Program-made: the position numbers and the translations under genes | Shown here: positions 1-10,678 of the stretch, one piece after another | How positions within the stretch are numbered: position 1 is the first letter of the stretch | How the letters are laid out: each line of letters starts with the position of its first letter | Notes under the pieces: model-generated | What the model saw: the letters and a program-made list of their open reading frames with translations, nothing else | Databases searched by the model: none | What the model was told of the DNA's origin: nothing | DNA from: Lepidodermella squamata | Lineage: Eukaryota; Animalia; Gastrotricha | Reading direction: 5' to 3' | DNA length: 64,000 nt | Assembly (NCBI GenBank): GCA_047495785.1 | Contig: JBLDXI010000024.1 | Span: forward strand, 5,270,001-5,334,000

Positions 1-277
1 TCTCAGTTTTACCCCGTGCCAATCGACAGGGTTGATATACCTTGGGAACAGTTAGTTCCCGTGAATCGGGCCAAGCATTGACAGGTGTTTGAAGCACTGC
101 AACCACCGCCTCTCTCCTCGCAAACAGGGACGCATTCTGCCGAAGAATAGACGATGACAATGATGAGCATTCCTCGAAGTTATTACATAGCTTACGTTGC
201 TGTGAAAATCCTGCCTTGAGCAGGAGGAAAGCAGCAAATAGAGGGATGAAAACCCTTATGGCATAGCTACGAGACAT
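1..277 (-). CDS. 5' part of secreted EGF-domain protein (paralogue of 1053-2882), runs off the window
   Basis: ATG at 277; signal peptide MSRSYAIRVFIPLFAAFLLLKAGFSQQ, GT-AG intron, EGF exon CVPVCEERGGGCSASNTCQCLARFTGTNCSQ, same exon phases as paralogues. Confidence 0.8.
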   Translation of the reverse strand, partial: MSRSYAIRVFIPLFAAFLLLKAGFSQQRKLCNNFEECSSLSSSILRQNASLFARREAVVAVLQTPVNAWPDSRELTVPKVYQPCRLARGKTE

Positions 278-1052
278 GATGGGGCTATTCTAATGCGCTA
301 ACGTTCCCTTGCAATTCAAGGCAAGATTCCAGGCGAAATTCAAGAATAGGCAACGCCAATAACATTCGAGTTTGACAAGTTGCTCTTAATTATTAACGTA
401 TCACCTTCTTTCTTTGTGCGAACCGTCGCCTTTCTGTGACTAACCGGTGGCGGCAATGGAAAAGGAGGCAGATTTTAAACCTACATTATTGCCACTGAGC
501 AAACACAACGCGCGATAGGCTATACAATAGCAGCTTTTTCACTTTTCAGCGCAACTTACCCATAGATTTTATGGATAAAACCATGTAACTAAGAGGGCTT
601 CAAGCGTTGCTCCGGCTTGCCTGACTATGGGGCTGCATTATTATTTCATTAGTTTCTTCATTGTTTGACGTTAGACCAACCTACCCTCTGGCGTCTTTCT
701 GGCGAGCGAACACAATAATGCAAGTAGTCATTAATTCCTCAAATTTCTGAATCATACCTATATTTATTTTTTCGATGGAGAGCTTCGTCTAGTCAATTTA
801 ACTCGATTTAACGATTTCCTTTGTTCGCTTTCGTTATGAGTTTTTAAAAGAAAAGCTATTGGAAACCATCTTCCCGGAGTAATTATCTTTTTGTTGTATC
901 GTTCCAGCTAAACATTTGCATAAGTTACGAATCTTATTCATTCAAAACTGGAAACTAAGCAAAATGTAGTTGAGATATTGAGATAGACTTATGTATCACA
1001 CGCGTTTCACGGGCGGGTAGTCAGTTATTCTAAAGATTGGTTCTGTTTTCTG

Positions 1053-2882
1053 TTAATAGGCAGAGTTAGGAACGCTACAATCGCGGCGTTGCGTACCATC
1101 GGGACAGTCGCACAGCATTGCAGAGCAACGTTTGGCATTCTTGCAATCGCAGAAATCTAAAAGACAGAAGAATATTTAACGCCGATTTCAACTCGGAACT
1201 CTTATACCTTGGGAACAGTCAGGCCCCGTCTTCCATTTGTTGAAGCACGTACATGTACCAGGAGCAGAGCAATAAGCTCGGTTTGAACAAATATTGGATC
1301 CGCACAATTCTAGTAGAAACATGGAAGAATAGCAATAATAAAAAGAAGCTTAAAAAGATAATCATACGCCGATCGCAATTCGGCCCGATCCAGCCCCGTT
1401 TACAGGCGCACGTGTTGGCTCCAACGCAAAAGCCTTTACCACAGCCGCCACTGCAGGTTGGAGTACCTGAAAGCATAAAAAGCGAATAAAAACCTACTGA
1501 TCACTTTTAGCTTTTCTAAATTTTTGCTTTTTCCAACGACTTATTGAATTTCTCAATGACTAAAATGCTGGCGTGTTACCTAGACGGTAGACCCTCAGGT
1601 CAATAAGCCTAACAGGAGCCGTTGCTCCGCCGTTGATAGCCGAAAAGTAGAGCACGCCTGGGTCCATTTTCGTGTCGACAATCGGCAACGGACCTGGCAA
1701 AGTCTGCGCGCTGAAAATCGCTGTGCAAGAAGCGTTATTGCACATGTCCATCCACAGCGTTCTGCCCTGTCGTACAACAATACCCAGGTGATGCCTACCC
1801 TTGATCGTGTTCTGGTCTAGCGGAACTTGCGGTTGCGATGCGATATCCGCCAAACTGGTGACGCCGGATTGCGATGAAATTATCTTGTAAGTGCCAAAGT
1901 AGCTCATCACGCGTATCAGCAAACCAGCGAAATTTGTCTCGTTGATGGAGAGAGTTGTCACGGATGGGTTTGTGTAGATGAGCGACGAGTTCGATAAGAT
2001 GCCGAAGCTGTAAAAATCTTGGCCCTGCCCGCCTGTAGCGTCTATGCTCATCGTCACGTTGATGGAAAAATCGTTCAATAGGAACAGCTATCATAAAAAA
2101 TGTTCATAAATCCAAGAAAGTATTTAATTGTCTTTCAGAAACGGTCGCAATAAGTTATTCGCAATTTTCGCACTTTCCTCTTTTCAATGGGTAAAATTGG
2201 TGAAACGCTAAGAATTTCACATCAGGATATTGTTCGCATCTTTTTGGTTCTGAATTTAATTATTATTCAACGAGGCTACGACCACAAACGCACCTTTATG
2301 AAACTATTCTACTTCCCAAGAAGAGAACTAATGATGAGTAAGACTAAGCAATGTGGGTCTTACTCTTTTGTTGATAAAATTAGAGATAGTGTTGCCACCA
2401 CTCGCTAGGATGATGTCATTTTTGCTGCCCAGAGGACCGAAAGTGCCGCTGCTTCTGTAAATCCAGTTAGTACCTTCGCAGAGATCAGACAGTTGCCATG
2501 AATATGTCATAAAAACTGTAACGTAACATACCAAAGTTTCCATCGCTAGTGTACGAATATTCTGGTACAAAGCTAGCCGTATCCGAAATTGGACTAATAA
2601 CTTGGTGAATTGAATTGAACTTGATATTTTACTCAAATGCAATAAAATAATATCCCTCAACCTTGAGAGCAGGTTGCTCCTGTGAATCGAGCCAGGCATT
2701 GGCAGGAGTTGGAAGCACTGCAGCCTCCACCTCTTTCATCGCAGGCAGGTGAGCATTCTATAACATGGAATAGGTGAAATCCAATCGAATAATCCTTGCT
2801 TACGTTGAAGTGATTCATTAGCAAGGAGCGTAATGATAAAAACCCCAAGTTTGAATAACCTTGTGACAATGCTGCAAGACAT
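1053..2882 (-). CDS. Secreted multi-exon protein: EGF - lectin-like beta-sandwich - EGF repeats
   Basis: Signal peptide from ATG 2882; EGF exon CSPACDERGGGCSASNSCQCLARF; beta-rich exon 1560-2078; EGF exons 1219-1476; last exon DFCDCKNAKRCSAMLCDC...SAY* ends 1053; short GT-AG introns. Confidence 0.8.
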
Positions 2883-3794
2883 GTTGGCGGTATGTATTTT
2901 CGAAAAAAGTTTTGTGGATAAACGAAGGAATGTTCGATGTCGACGCGGCTTGACGGGTTCTCATTAATTCTTAACCTGATCAACCGCTATTGTCCTTACG
3001 TGTCTTTTGCTTGCATCTTGCATCCTAGCTGTATCAACTTACTGAGCAACAATAGAAAGCACGATGAATTTTTGTTAAACTGTTAGGATCGATCAAAAAT
3101 GATCAATTACAATGCCATTCAGCCTAACTATTGGTCTCTCAACTGAGACGGGGTAGCCAGCTCAGTCGATGTGCAATTTCTTTACTTATCTTTCTGTCTT
3201 TCGTCGGGCTGAGCGGCGTCGCCGGGAAATCGTTGGGATTAGGGCGCACGAATTATGAGCGGTGAAGTGAGCGCAACGTCATACTGAAAGGCGAACGATC
3301 ATTCAGCTTTTCGAAACATCTTGGAGACACATCAAACATCTCATGTTAATTATTTATATATAGATCTCCAACCACTCCTCCTCCTTTGTCTGTTGCATTA
3401 AAAAGTGTTTACTTCTGTAAGTATAGGTAATCAATTGCGTTCTATGGGTATTGCTTCAAATTTCAAACGTGACTCCTATCATACCAACGGCAGCGCTTAT
3501 AAGTGTTAAAGAAGCCTGCAACTATACATGACCAATGCAACCTCGATGAGGCAATTGCTAAAATAACCTGATAATAACAAGTTTTTATTAGAAATTTGCT
3601 AATAAATTCTACGAGAAGAGGAAAAGCAGTTTTCTTCCATGTCTTGTCTTCCATTCTGGTTTTCCAGTATTCAAAATGCAGTAAACACTATGCACCACTA
3701 GCAAACAAGTGCGCAGTTGTCTCGTGCGCCCGCGCGACACGCAAAAACACAGATGTCCTGTCGCAATTTATCTCACTCAACTAGCTACGTGAAA

Positions 3795-5196
3795 ATGAAC
3801 TTGACAATTCTCTCCTTGCTACTAGGTGTGCTGGCCCTAATAAAACCCACCTCGGGCATTCTGTGCCAAACGCCATCGATCGCCTTGGACGAGAAAATTT
3901 TCGGATTCAGATCTTCGCTGTTCCAATTATTCACATCCCTTAAGATGAGATGCGATGGCTATTTAACAAAATGGTCCATAATCTCCCGCACTTCAAACGG
4001 CACCGGGTTGTTCCTATCGGCATGGCGGGCAGTCAAAGAGCCACAAAATGTTAGGGCTGTTGTCTATCGCCTGATAGGGACGACTCAAGTTCCATCATAC
4101 AGCGTAGTCCCGACGGATTCTTGGTTCGAAATTAATTTGGCTGAACCATTTCCTGTACAAGCAGACGACATAGTCGGTATTTATTACGGAGAATGGGAAG
4201 GTTAGCTATGAAAAATTGCGATTAATCTTGAGGATTCTTTTGCTTGTCACAGTCGCTTGGTCTCATAGCGGTTTTGTCCCGATCAGCAATGACCTAAAAA
4301 ACGTGCCTAAAGAGGCTCAAATCGACGCCGGGCCTACTTATGTCGTGAAAAAGGATGCAAAGGCGATTGCGTATGAAACCAGTGCAACAGGAGGATTCGT
4401 TGATGTTTCTGAAGCGGCGATTGTTACTGATCGATTACCGGCTGTTATCGCGTATGTCGATCCGGATTTTCGTAGTAGTACATCAACTACGTCCACCACC
4501 ACAACTCCATCTACGACTTTAAGTACTACAACGACAACTTCAACAACAACAAAAACAATGCCGACCATCTCAAGTTCTTCTACTCCAACTACCACTATGT
4601 TTAACATTGAATTCAACTGGTGATTCTCAATTTTGAATGTTTGCGAATTTATAGGGTGACTACAACGACGAGAAGGACCACGCTCACCCCGGGTTGGGAC
4701 TACTATGAATGGTCAACAGATTTAACGAGCACGTCAACCACAACTACCACAACAGCCCCGACAACGCCGATGAAGACAAAATGCCGGCTATGTGACATAT
4801 GGCGCAACAAGATGCCGACAACACCTGCTTTAAAACCCGTAACCGCTTGCCGAACTTGCAGTGCCCCTAGAATTACGTGGAAGCCAATTATTAAAGACAC
4901 AACTCGTTCGTTAAGAATTATTTGTCTTCGAATGTAACCAGCGATTTGTTGCAGGTTGTTTCTCTCCGATTCGATCTTCAGGGAAATGTAATATAAGTGT
5001 CACCAAATTTGCGAGCAAATTTTACTACAACGCGCCAACTCGGCAGTGCGATCCATTCTGGTACCTCGCGGATTGCCTTATCACAACAAACGTTTTCGAC
5101 TCGAAGTAACTTTAAATCATTTTTGGTTAACTACTTCATTTTCTCGAATACAGGTACCAATGCGAAGCGAATTGTTACGAGTTCCTCTCTCCTTAA
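3795..5196 (+). CDS. Secreted protein: uncharacterised N-terminal domain, Thr-rich mucin stalk, C-terminal divergent Kunitz domain
   Basis: Signal peptide MNLTILSLLLGVLALIKPTSG; spliced C-terminus CFSPIRSSGKC...FYYNAPTRQCDPFWYLADC...NVFDSKYQCEANC has Kunitz Cys spacing; TAA 5194-5196. Confidence 0.8.
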
Positions 5197-5539
5197 GGCC
5201 CTTTTTCCACTCCCCACGAAACTGTGATCAGTTATGAAAACTTCGTCCCGGTGCTAGATGGGGCATTCTTTGAGGCATTCTGTAGTGAACTCGTTCTTTA
5301 TTTGCCATTTCGCACTCGAATTCAGTGATTTTCGGGTGCAAGAGAAGAGACAACAAGATTGTTGCGCTAAAATTTGAACAAACCTGCGAGCTTAGACCAA
5401 ACACAGTAGTTAATAAACGCATTATGGGGATTAAGCAAACACCTTGCCAGTCGCGGCCATCTTCTCGCCTCAAGTGGTCACTGCGAGCAAAACTTGACGA
5501 CAATAGTTCATTTTCGGTGCCACGGCGAATTATCTATCC

Positions 5540-7121
5540 ATGCCACTAGTTTTAACTTACCTAAGCGTGTTGCTCTTGGCGACGCGTCTAGCCAACAGCC
5601 AAAATGTTTTACCATCCATGGTCGGCGGAAGTGGGTCCAATTTATGCCAGGCACCACCGATCGCTACAGGCGAAGAATTTTTCGGCTTTCGATCTTCACT
5701 GCTTCAAATTTTCACAAATTTGAGAGTTGGTTGCGACGGCTGTCTGACGAAATGGGCGATGATCTCAAGGACTCAGGGCGGCATCGGGCTTTACCTATCA
5801 ATATGGCGTAAAGCTCCCGAGCCGCAAAACGCTGGCTCCACAGTTTACAAGCTCATCGGCAGCACTCAGGTCCCGCCGTATGGAGTAACGCCCAACACGT
5901 GGTTCGAATTTGTTGTTCCCGAGCCGATTCAAGTGCAAGCGAATGATGTAGTCGGCATGTTTTACGGAGACTGGGATGGTAAGATTTTCATAAAGATTCG
6001 ATATTGGGAGAGATTCAGGCTTGCCTTGCAGAGCCTTGGTCGCACAATGGTTTCGTGCCCGTGACAAACACTTCGACACGTTTGCCTCGAGTTATTGCGC
6101 AAGGCTACGCTGGGAAGACTTTAGTCATCCAGAAGGATGCTGGCGAGATAGCAGCCGAGGTCGAAGCGACGGGTGGATATGTAGACATGTCTAATGCGGG
6201 TATCGTTCATAAACCATGAAACCAATCTGATGTTAACCTAGTTTTTTCTCTTCAGCGGTGGTTTCTAGCCGTCTTCCAGCGATTATAGCGTTCGTCGATC
6301 AGAACTGCCAAACTACAACAACTCGCACGACGACTCCCACAACGACTTCCACCACTACCTCTACAACAACGACGACAACAACAACAACAACGCCCGGCCC
6401 TATTGTGACAACTCAAGAGCCTACTATCGACACAATGCCGCCGATGACCGATGCTCCAGAAACAACACTGTGGAACCGCATAACCACACCGACTCAAATG
6501 ACGACCACGCGAACGGGATGTCGCGTGTGCGGCATTAGAACGACCACGCAAGTTTTGGTCGACAACCTGCAGTTGCCCAATGGCGCAGTGCCGCCTTGTT
6601 CGACCACCAAAGCACCGTGCTCCGCAAACGGTGCGGCAGGCACGAAACTTTGTCCGAACGCCAATCGCGATCGTGTCGACAACCCTCAGGTGGTGAATAA
6701 TATCGCACCAGCGTTCCCGTCCAACACCCGTGATCGCGTCGATAGCCTTCAGCTTCCCAGGCGTGCGCTGATGGGCAGTGAACATGCTAAGCAAAAGCTG
6801 GACGGTGGCCATTCTTCCCGTAGGTTCTAAACTTGATATCAGAGTCAAAATTGTCATTTCTGTCAAATAGAATGTTTCGCGCCTATGCGATCTGCGGGTA
6901 ACTGCAATTTCACGATCAACAAATTCTCGACTAAGTACTTCTTCAACGTGCCCGTTCGCCAGTGCTCAGTGTTTTGGTTTTTCGAAGACTGCGTTCATAC
7001 TTCGAACCTTTTCGACTCGATGTAAGCTACGGTATACGTTTTATAAAAATAAGTCAAGTTTTCTCTTATTCATCACAGGGCTGATTGCGAAAAGTATTGC
7101 CACGACTTCATTAGCAACTAA
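5540..7121 (+). CDS. Tandem paralogue of 3795-5196 (uncharacterised domain + mucin + Kunitz)
   Basis: Same N-terminal domain (FGFRSSLLQIFT..CDG.LTKW..VQANDVVG); C-terminus CFAPMRSAGNC..YFFNVPVRQCSVFWFFEDC..NLFDSMADCEKYC; TAA 7119-7121. Confidence 0.8.
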
Positions 7122-7399
7122 ACCATGCCACACGTCAATTTAATCGCTCTTTTTACAAGTACTTATCGACAATTTTAATCTACTTGCTAATATATTTATA
7201 GAAAAACTGAACTTTCGTTTATATTTACTAGCATTGATTCATTTTTTTAAATAATTCATGAAACACGTAAATCAGATGCCCAGAGTTCATTGCTTTTTAA
7301 AAAACAAATTTTCCATAAAAAGGTTACAATGTGCGTATCAGGCAAATAAAGAGCGCAGAAAAATCAAAAACCCTGACAATTAAACACGTTCCAGTATAA

Positions 7400-7470
7400 T
7401 CCTTGGTAGTATAGCGGTTAGTATCCCCCCTGTCACGCGGGAGACCAGGGTTCGATTCCCTGCCAAGGAG
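7400..7470 (+). tRNA. tRNA-Asp(GTC), possibly pseudogene (G missing in anticodon stem)
   Basis: Cloverleaf; CCCCCC-TGTCAC instead of CCCCGCC-TGTCAC seen at 23044. Confidence 0.8.
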
Positions 7471-7546
7471 CCAGCTCTTTTACATGCGGCGGCATGTGGA
7501 TTTCAAGCAAATTTATTCAGTAATAAAGTGAAAAAATGTTGATTGC

Positions 7547-7619
7547 CGCCCGATGTGGGGCTCGAACCCACGACCCTGGGATTAAGAGTCCCATGCTCTA
7601 CCGACTGAGCTAACCGGGC
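7547..7619 (-). tRNA. tRNA-Lys(CTT)
   Basis: GCCCGGTTAGCTCAGTCGG...CTCTTAA...TTCGAG cloverleaf. Confidence 0.97.
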
Positions 7620-7698
7620 TGAGGCGCTATCAATTGCCTGAGCGGACAATTATAAAGCAGTTGACTGCTGACAAATTTTGACTGCCATCAAAAATACT

Positions 7699-7771
7699 CG
7701 AGGCTGCCAGGAGTCGAACCTGGAATCTTCTGATCCGTAGTCAGACGCGTTGTCCATTGCGCCACAACCCC
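7699..7771 (-). tRNA. tRNA-Arg(ACG)
   Basis: Anticodon arm TCTGA-CTACGGA-TCAGA. Confidence 0.96.
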
Positions 7772-7838
7772 ATTCGGTCGAAAGAAGGCTTGCAAGCGCT
7801 AATTAGCAGGCAGGAATGGGACTGAAGTGAAAAATGCA

Positions 7839-7922
7839 TGTCAGAAGTGGGATTCGAACCCACGCCAGTAGAAACTGACTGCGACCTGAACGCAGCGCCT
7901 TGGACCGCTCGGCCATCCTGAC
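7839..7922 (-). tRNA. tRNA-Leu(CAG)
   Basis: GTCAGGATGGCCGAGCGG; loop TTCAGGT; long variable arm. Confidence 0.96.
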
Positions 7923-8091
7923 GAGATGGTGGAATAGATTGCTGATATCCTGCAGACGGCATTTTGCAAAGCTAAGATATCGCAGAGCAAGTACAGCAAA
8001 CAGCAAAGTCGTATAACTGTTGCCAATATAAAACTAGCCAGCTACGCCGATCGGGGTGTATCGTTTCTTAAACTGCTGAAGAAGCACTCAA

Positions 8092-8173
8092 GTCGCTATG
8101 CCCGAGTGGTTAAGGGGTCTGACTAGAAATCAGATGCGGTCTCCGCGCGTAGGTTCAAATCCTACTGGCGACG
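8092..8173 (+). tRNA. tRNA-Ser(AGA)
   Basis: TCTGA-CTAGAAA-TCAGA; long variable arm; G73. Confidence 0.96.
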
Positions 8174-8248
8174 ACAGTTATTTTTGCATTATAACGACTG
8201 AAACTCAGTTCTGCAGTTAGCCTCCAGAACAGACCTCGCTTTCATCAG

Positions 8249-8320
8249 GCGTCAGTGGTGTAACGGTCAGCATGGTTGCCTTCCAAGCAGCCGATCCGGG
8301 TTCGACTCCCGGCTGACGCA
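8249..8320 (+). tRNA. tRNA-Gly(TCC)
   Basis: GTTGC-CTTCCAA-GCAGC. Confidence 0.96.
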
Positions 8321-8399
8321 CACGTTTTTAGCTCACACGTTTGAAAGCAATTGCTAGTGACGAGATTAAAGCTGTCCTTCCCAAAACCAGCGTTCGAGA

Positions 8400-8471
8400 G
8401 GTCCCATGGTGTAGCGGTTAGCACTCTGGACTCTGAATCCAGCGACTCGAGTTCGATTCTCGATGGGACCT
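8400..8471 (+). tRNA. tRNA-Gln(CTG)
   Basis: CTGGA-CTCTGAA-TCCAG. Confidence 0.96.
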
Positions 8472-8571
8472 TGATACGTTTTTTCAAACAAACTTTCAGC
8501 TCACTCTCAACTGATGGAAACTTTCGATCATAATATTTGTTACCATTCAAACCTTTCCTTTCACTAGCCTA

Positions 8572-8643
8572 GGGGGCATAGCTCAGTGGTAGAGCGTCTC
8601 ATTCGCATTGTGAAGGTCTCGGGTTCAATCCCCGATGCCTCCA
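8572..8643 (+). tRNA. tRNA-Ala(CGC)
   Basis: G3:U70 pair; TCTCA-TTCGCAT-TGTGA (U-U mismatch). Confidence 0.92.
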
Positions 8644-8734
8644 GTTGGCACTTTTTTCGCGTAAATGTTGAGAAGTAACAGCCATAATACTGATGATATG
8701 AATCGGAAATAAGTCTAAGCATGCGAAAAAAGAG

Positions 8735-8818
8735 TGTCAGAAGTGGGGTTCGAACCCACGCCCTCTTTCGAGGACCAGATCTTGAGTCTGGCGCCTTAGA
8801 CCGCTCGGCCATCCTGAC
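8735..8818 (-). tRNA. tRNA-Leu(CAA), intronless
   Basis: CCAGA-CTCAAGA-TCTGG; long variable arm. Confidence 0.96.
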
Positions 8819-8918
8819 CGCCTGACTGAACATTCAATTGGATTCAGATGAACCAGCGGGTTCAGCTTCGAGCATTCACCAAACCTCAAATCTCGAATAG
8901 GCTGTACTTCATGTGACA

Positions 8919-8991
8919 GACGCTGTGGCGAAATGGCTATCGCGTCGGACTTCGGATCCGAAGATTGTGGGTTCGAGTCCCATCAGCGTCG
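8919..8991 (+). tRNA. tRNA-Arg(TCG)
   Basis: TCGGA-CTTCGGA-TCCGA. Confidence 0.95.
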
Positions 8992-9108
8992 TCCGCTTTT
9001 GTATTTTTGTTAGTTTCAGTAGGCTTCAGATGCCTCGGATTAAAACAAATAGTTCGACAACTCCTTGCGTAAATTTAATCTGCCTTCAATCCACCACGCA
9101 TTTCAATG

Positions 9109-9181
9109 GCCTTCCTAGCTCAGTCGGTAGAGCATGTGACTTTTAATCACAGGGTCGGGGGTTCGAGTCCCCCGGAGGGCG
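9109..9181 (+). tRNA. tRNA-Lys(TTT)
   Basis: TGTGA-CTTTTAA-TCACA. Confidence 0.96.
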
Positions 9182-9253
9182 CAAGCTTTTTCCTTGCTCA
9201 GTTTAGCTGCATTCGGCTGATTTCACCGCTTTGTCGAACCACTTGACTACGAA

Positions 9254-9326
9254 GGGGGATTAGCTCAAATGGTAGAGCGCTCGCTTAGCATGCGAGAGGT
9301 AACGGGATCGACGCCCGTATCCTCCA
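9254..9326 (+). tRNA. tRNA-Ala(AGC)
   Basis: CTCGC-TTAGCAT-GCGAG; G3:U70; ATCG T-loop. Confidence 0.96.
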
Positions 9327-9401
9327 GAATTTTTTCTGCCTCTAGAAACGGTTTCTTCGCCGAAATGAGACGACGTCGCTGAAATTCTAGCTGTCACCAT
9401 C

Positions 9402-9473
9402 GGCTCAGTAGCTTAGTGGTAGAGCGTCTGCCTAGTAAGCAGAAGATCGAGGGTTCGATCCCCCCCTGAGCCT
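9402..9473 (+). tRNA. tRNA-Thr(AGT)
   Basis: TCTGC-CTAGTAA-GCAGA. Confidence 0.94.
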
Positions 9474-9557
9474 GGTCTTGGGTGAATTTTTTGAAAATAG
9501 AGCCACACAACTTCGCCAGTCAGTTTTTATGTTGCATGCGTAGAAATGATAAAAATG

Positions 9558-9629
9558 TTCCCTGACCGGGAATCGAACCCGGGCCGCCGCGGTGAAAGCG
9601 CGGAATCCTAACCACTAGACCATCAGGGA
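9558..9629 (-). tRNA. tRNA-Glu(TTC)
   Basis: TCCCTGATGGTCTAGTGG; CCGCG-CTTTCAC-CGCGG. Confidence 0.96.
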
Positions 9630-9720
9630 GGTGCAAAATCCCTGTTGTATGCGTAAACTGTGAAGAACTCAAATTATCAACGTCATCGCACCTTCAGCAA
9701 CTCTGTGCAAAAAATAGAAT

Positions 9721-9792
9721 GGGCCCGTTCGGGAATTGAACCCGAGACCTCTCGCACCCGAAGCGAGAATCATACCCCTAGAACAACGGGCC
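9721..9792 (-). tRNA. tRNA-Pro(CGG)
   Basis: CTCGC-TTCGGGT-GCGAG; one D-stem/A-box substitution vs the other copies. Confidence 0.9.
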
Positions 9793-10547
9793 AGCCTGAC
9801 TTTGCCAACGGCAAGCAATCGCTTTGCGTTGTTGCTAAACTTTCAGGAGCATGGCGCATTTTCTAATCATTTTCGTGCATCATCGTACATCGAATTCGAA
9901 CCGGTCAGTGCATAGATCACTCTGTTCTCTAAGGATTTACTCAGCTATCGAGTTCTTACTCAAATGTGTTACACCAGGTTTTCTTGATGGAATTAACGAG
10001 TAATTTCTCTGTTAAGCCCATGTTCCGAATAGCCTATTCTTCGATTTTTCGTTTGAAAAATTGCGCAATGGCTGAAGCAAAAAACATTGCCGATGAAAAA
10101 TTGATTTTATTTTCGCAAAAAAGAGAGAGATAGAGATAGTATCGTTTTCGTGTTTGCAACAACAAGACTGGTTCAAATCGCCGCCATCTCCGCAATAATT
10201 ACAACATCAACAACGAGAGCAGGAATATCAATAACAATAACAGTAATAATTGCTGACACGGAGAATTGAAACGCATTTTACAATAAGTAAAAGAAATAAA
10301 CGCACTCGCATTCGAATAATAATTGTTTGTGCACAAGAAAAACAGGAGGAGAATTCGAAAAAGAGTCTAAATCGCTACAATAGATTACGGCTCAAAATGC
10401 ACTAGATCAAACAATAGAATCATTATATAATTAAAATCAGTCGTCAATTTTTGAAAAAAAAACTACCAACATGAAAATATTCGACACTTCTATGATCAAC
10501 AGGCAATAACAATTTGTTTCCAACAACGAGTGGGCAGTGTTCAACTT

Positions 10548-10580
<33 letters not shown>
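10548..10580. repeat. (TAG)11 microsatellite
   Basis: 11 perfect TAG units. Confidence 0.95.
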
Positions 10581-10678
10581 CCGTCCTTTGTGAGCACGAG
10601 ATCCATCGACAAATAATTAAAATTTCAAAAACAATTTCTCTGACTAATTGCTGACGCGAGTTTGCGACCTCTAAGATG

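Noticed and set aside
2530-2610. Suspected frameshift in the EGF-lectin gene
   Set aside because: On re-reading, the frame is intact (TASFVPEYSY), matching the paralogue
7741-9866. Short ORFs recurring in all three tRNA clusters (e.g. MKNSNYQR..., ...KVPSRIELESLD...)
   Set aside because: They are translations of tRNA genes and duplicated spacers, not proteins
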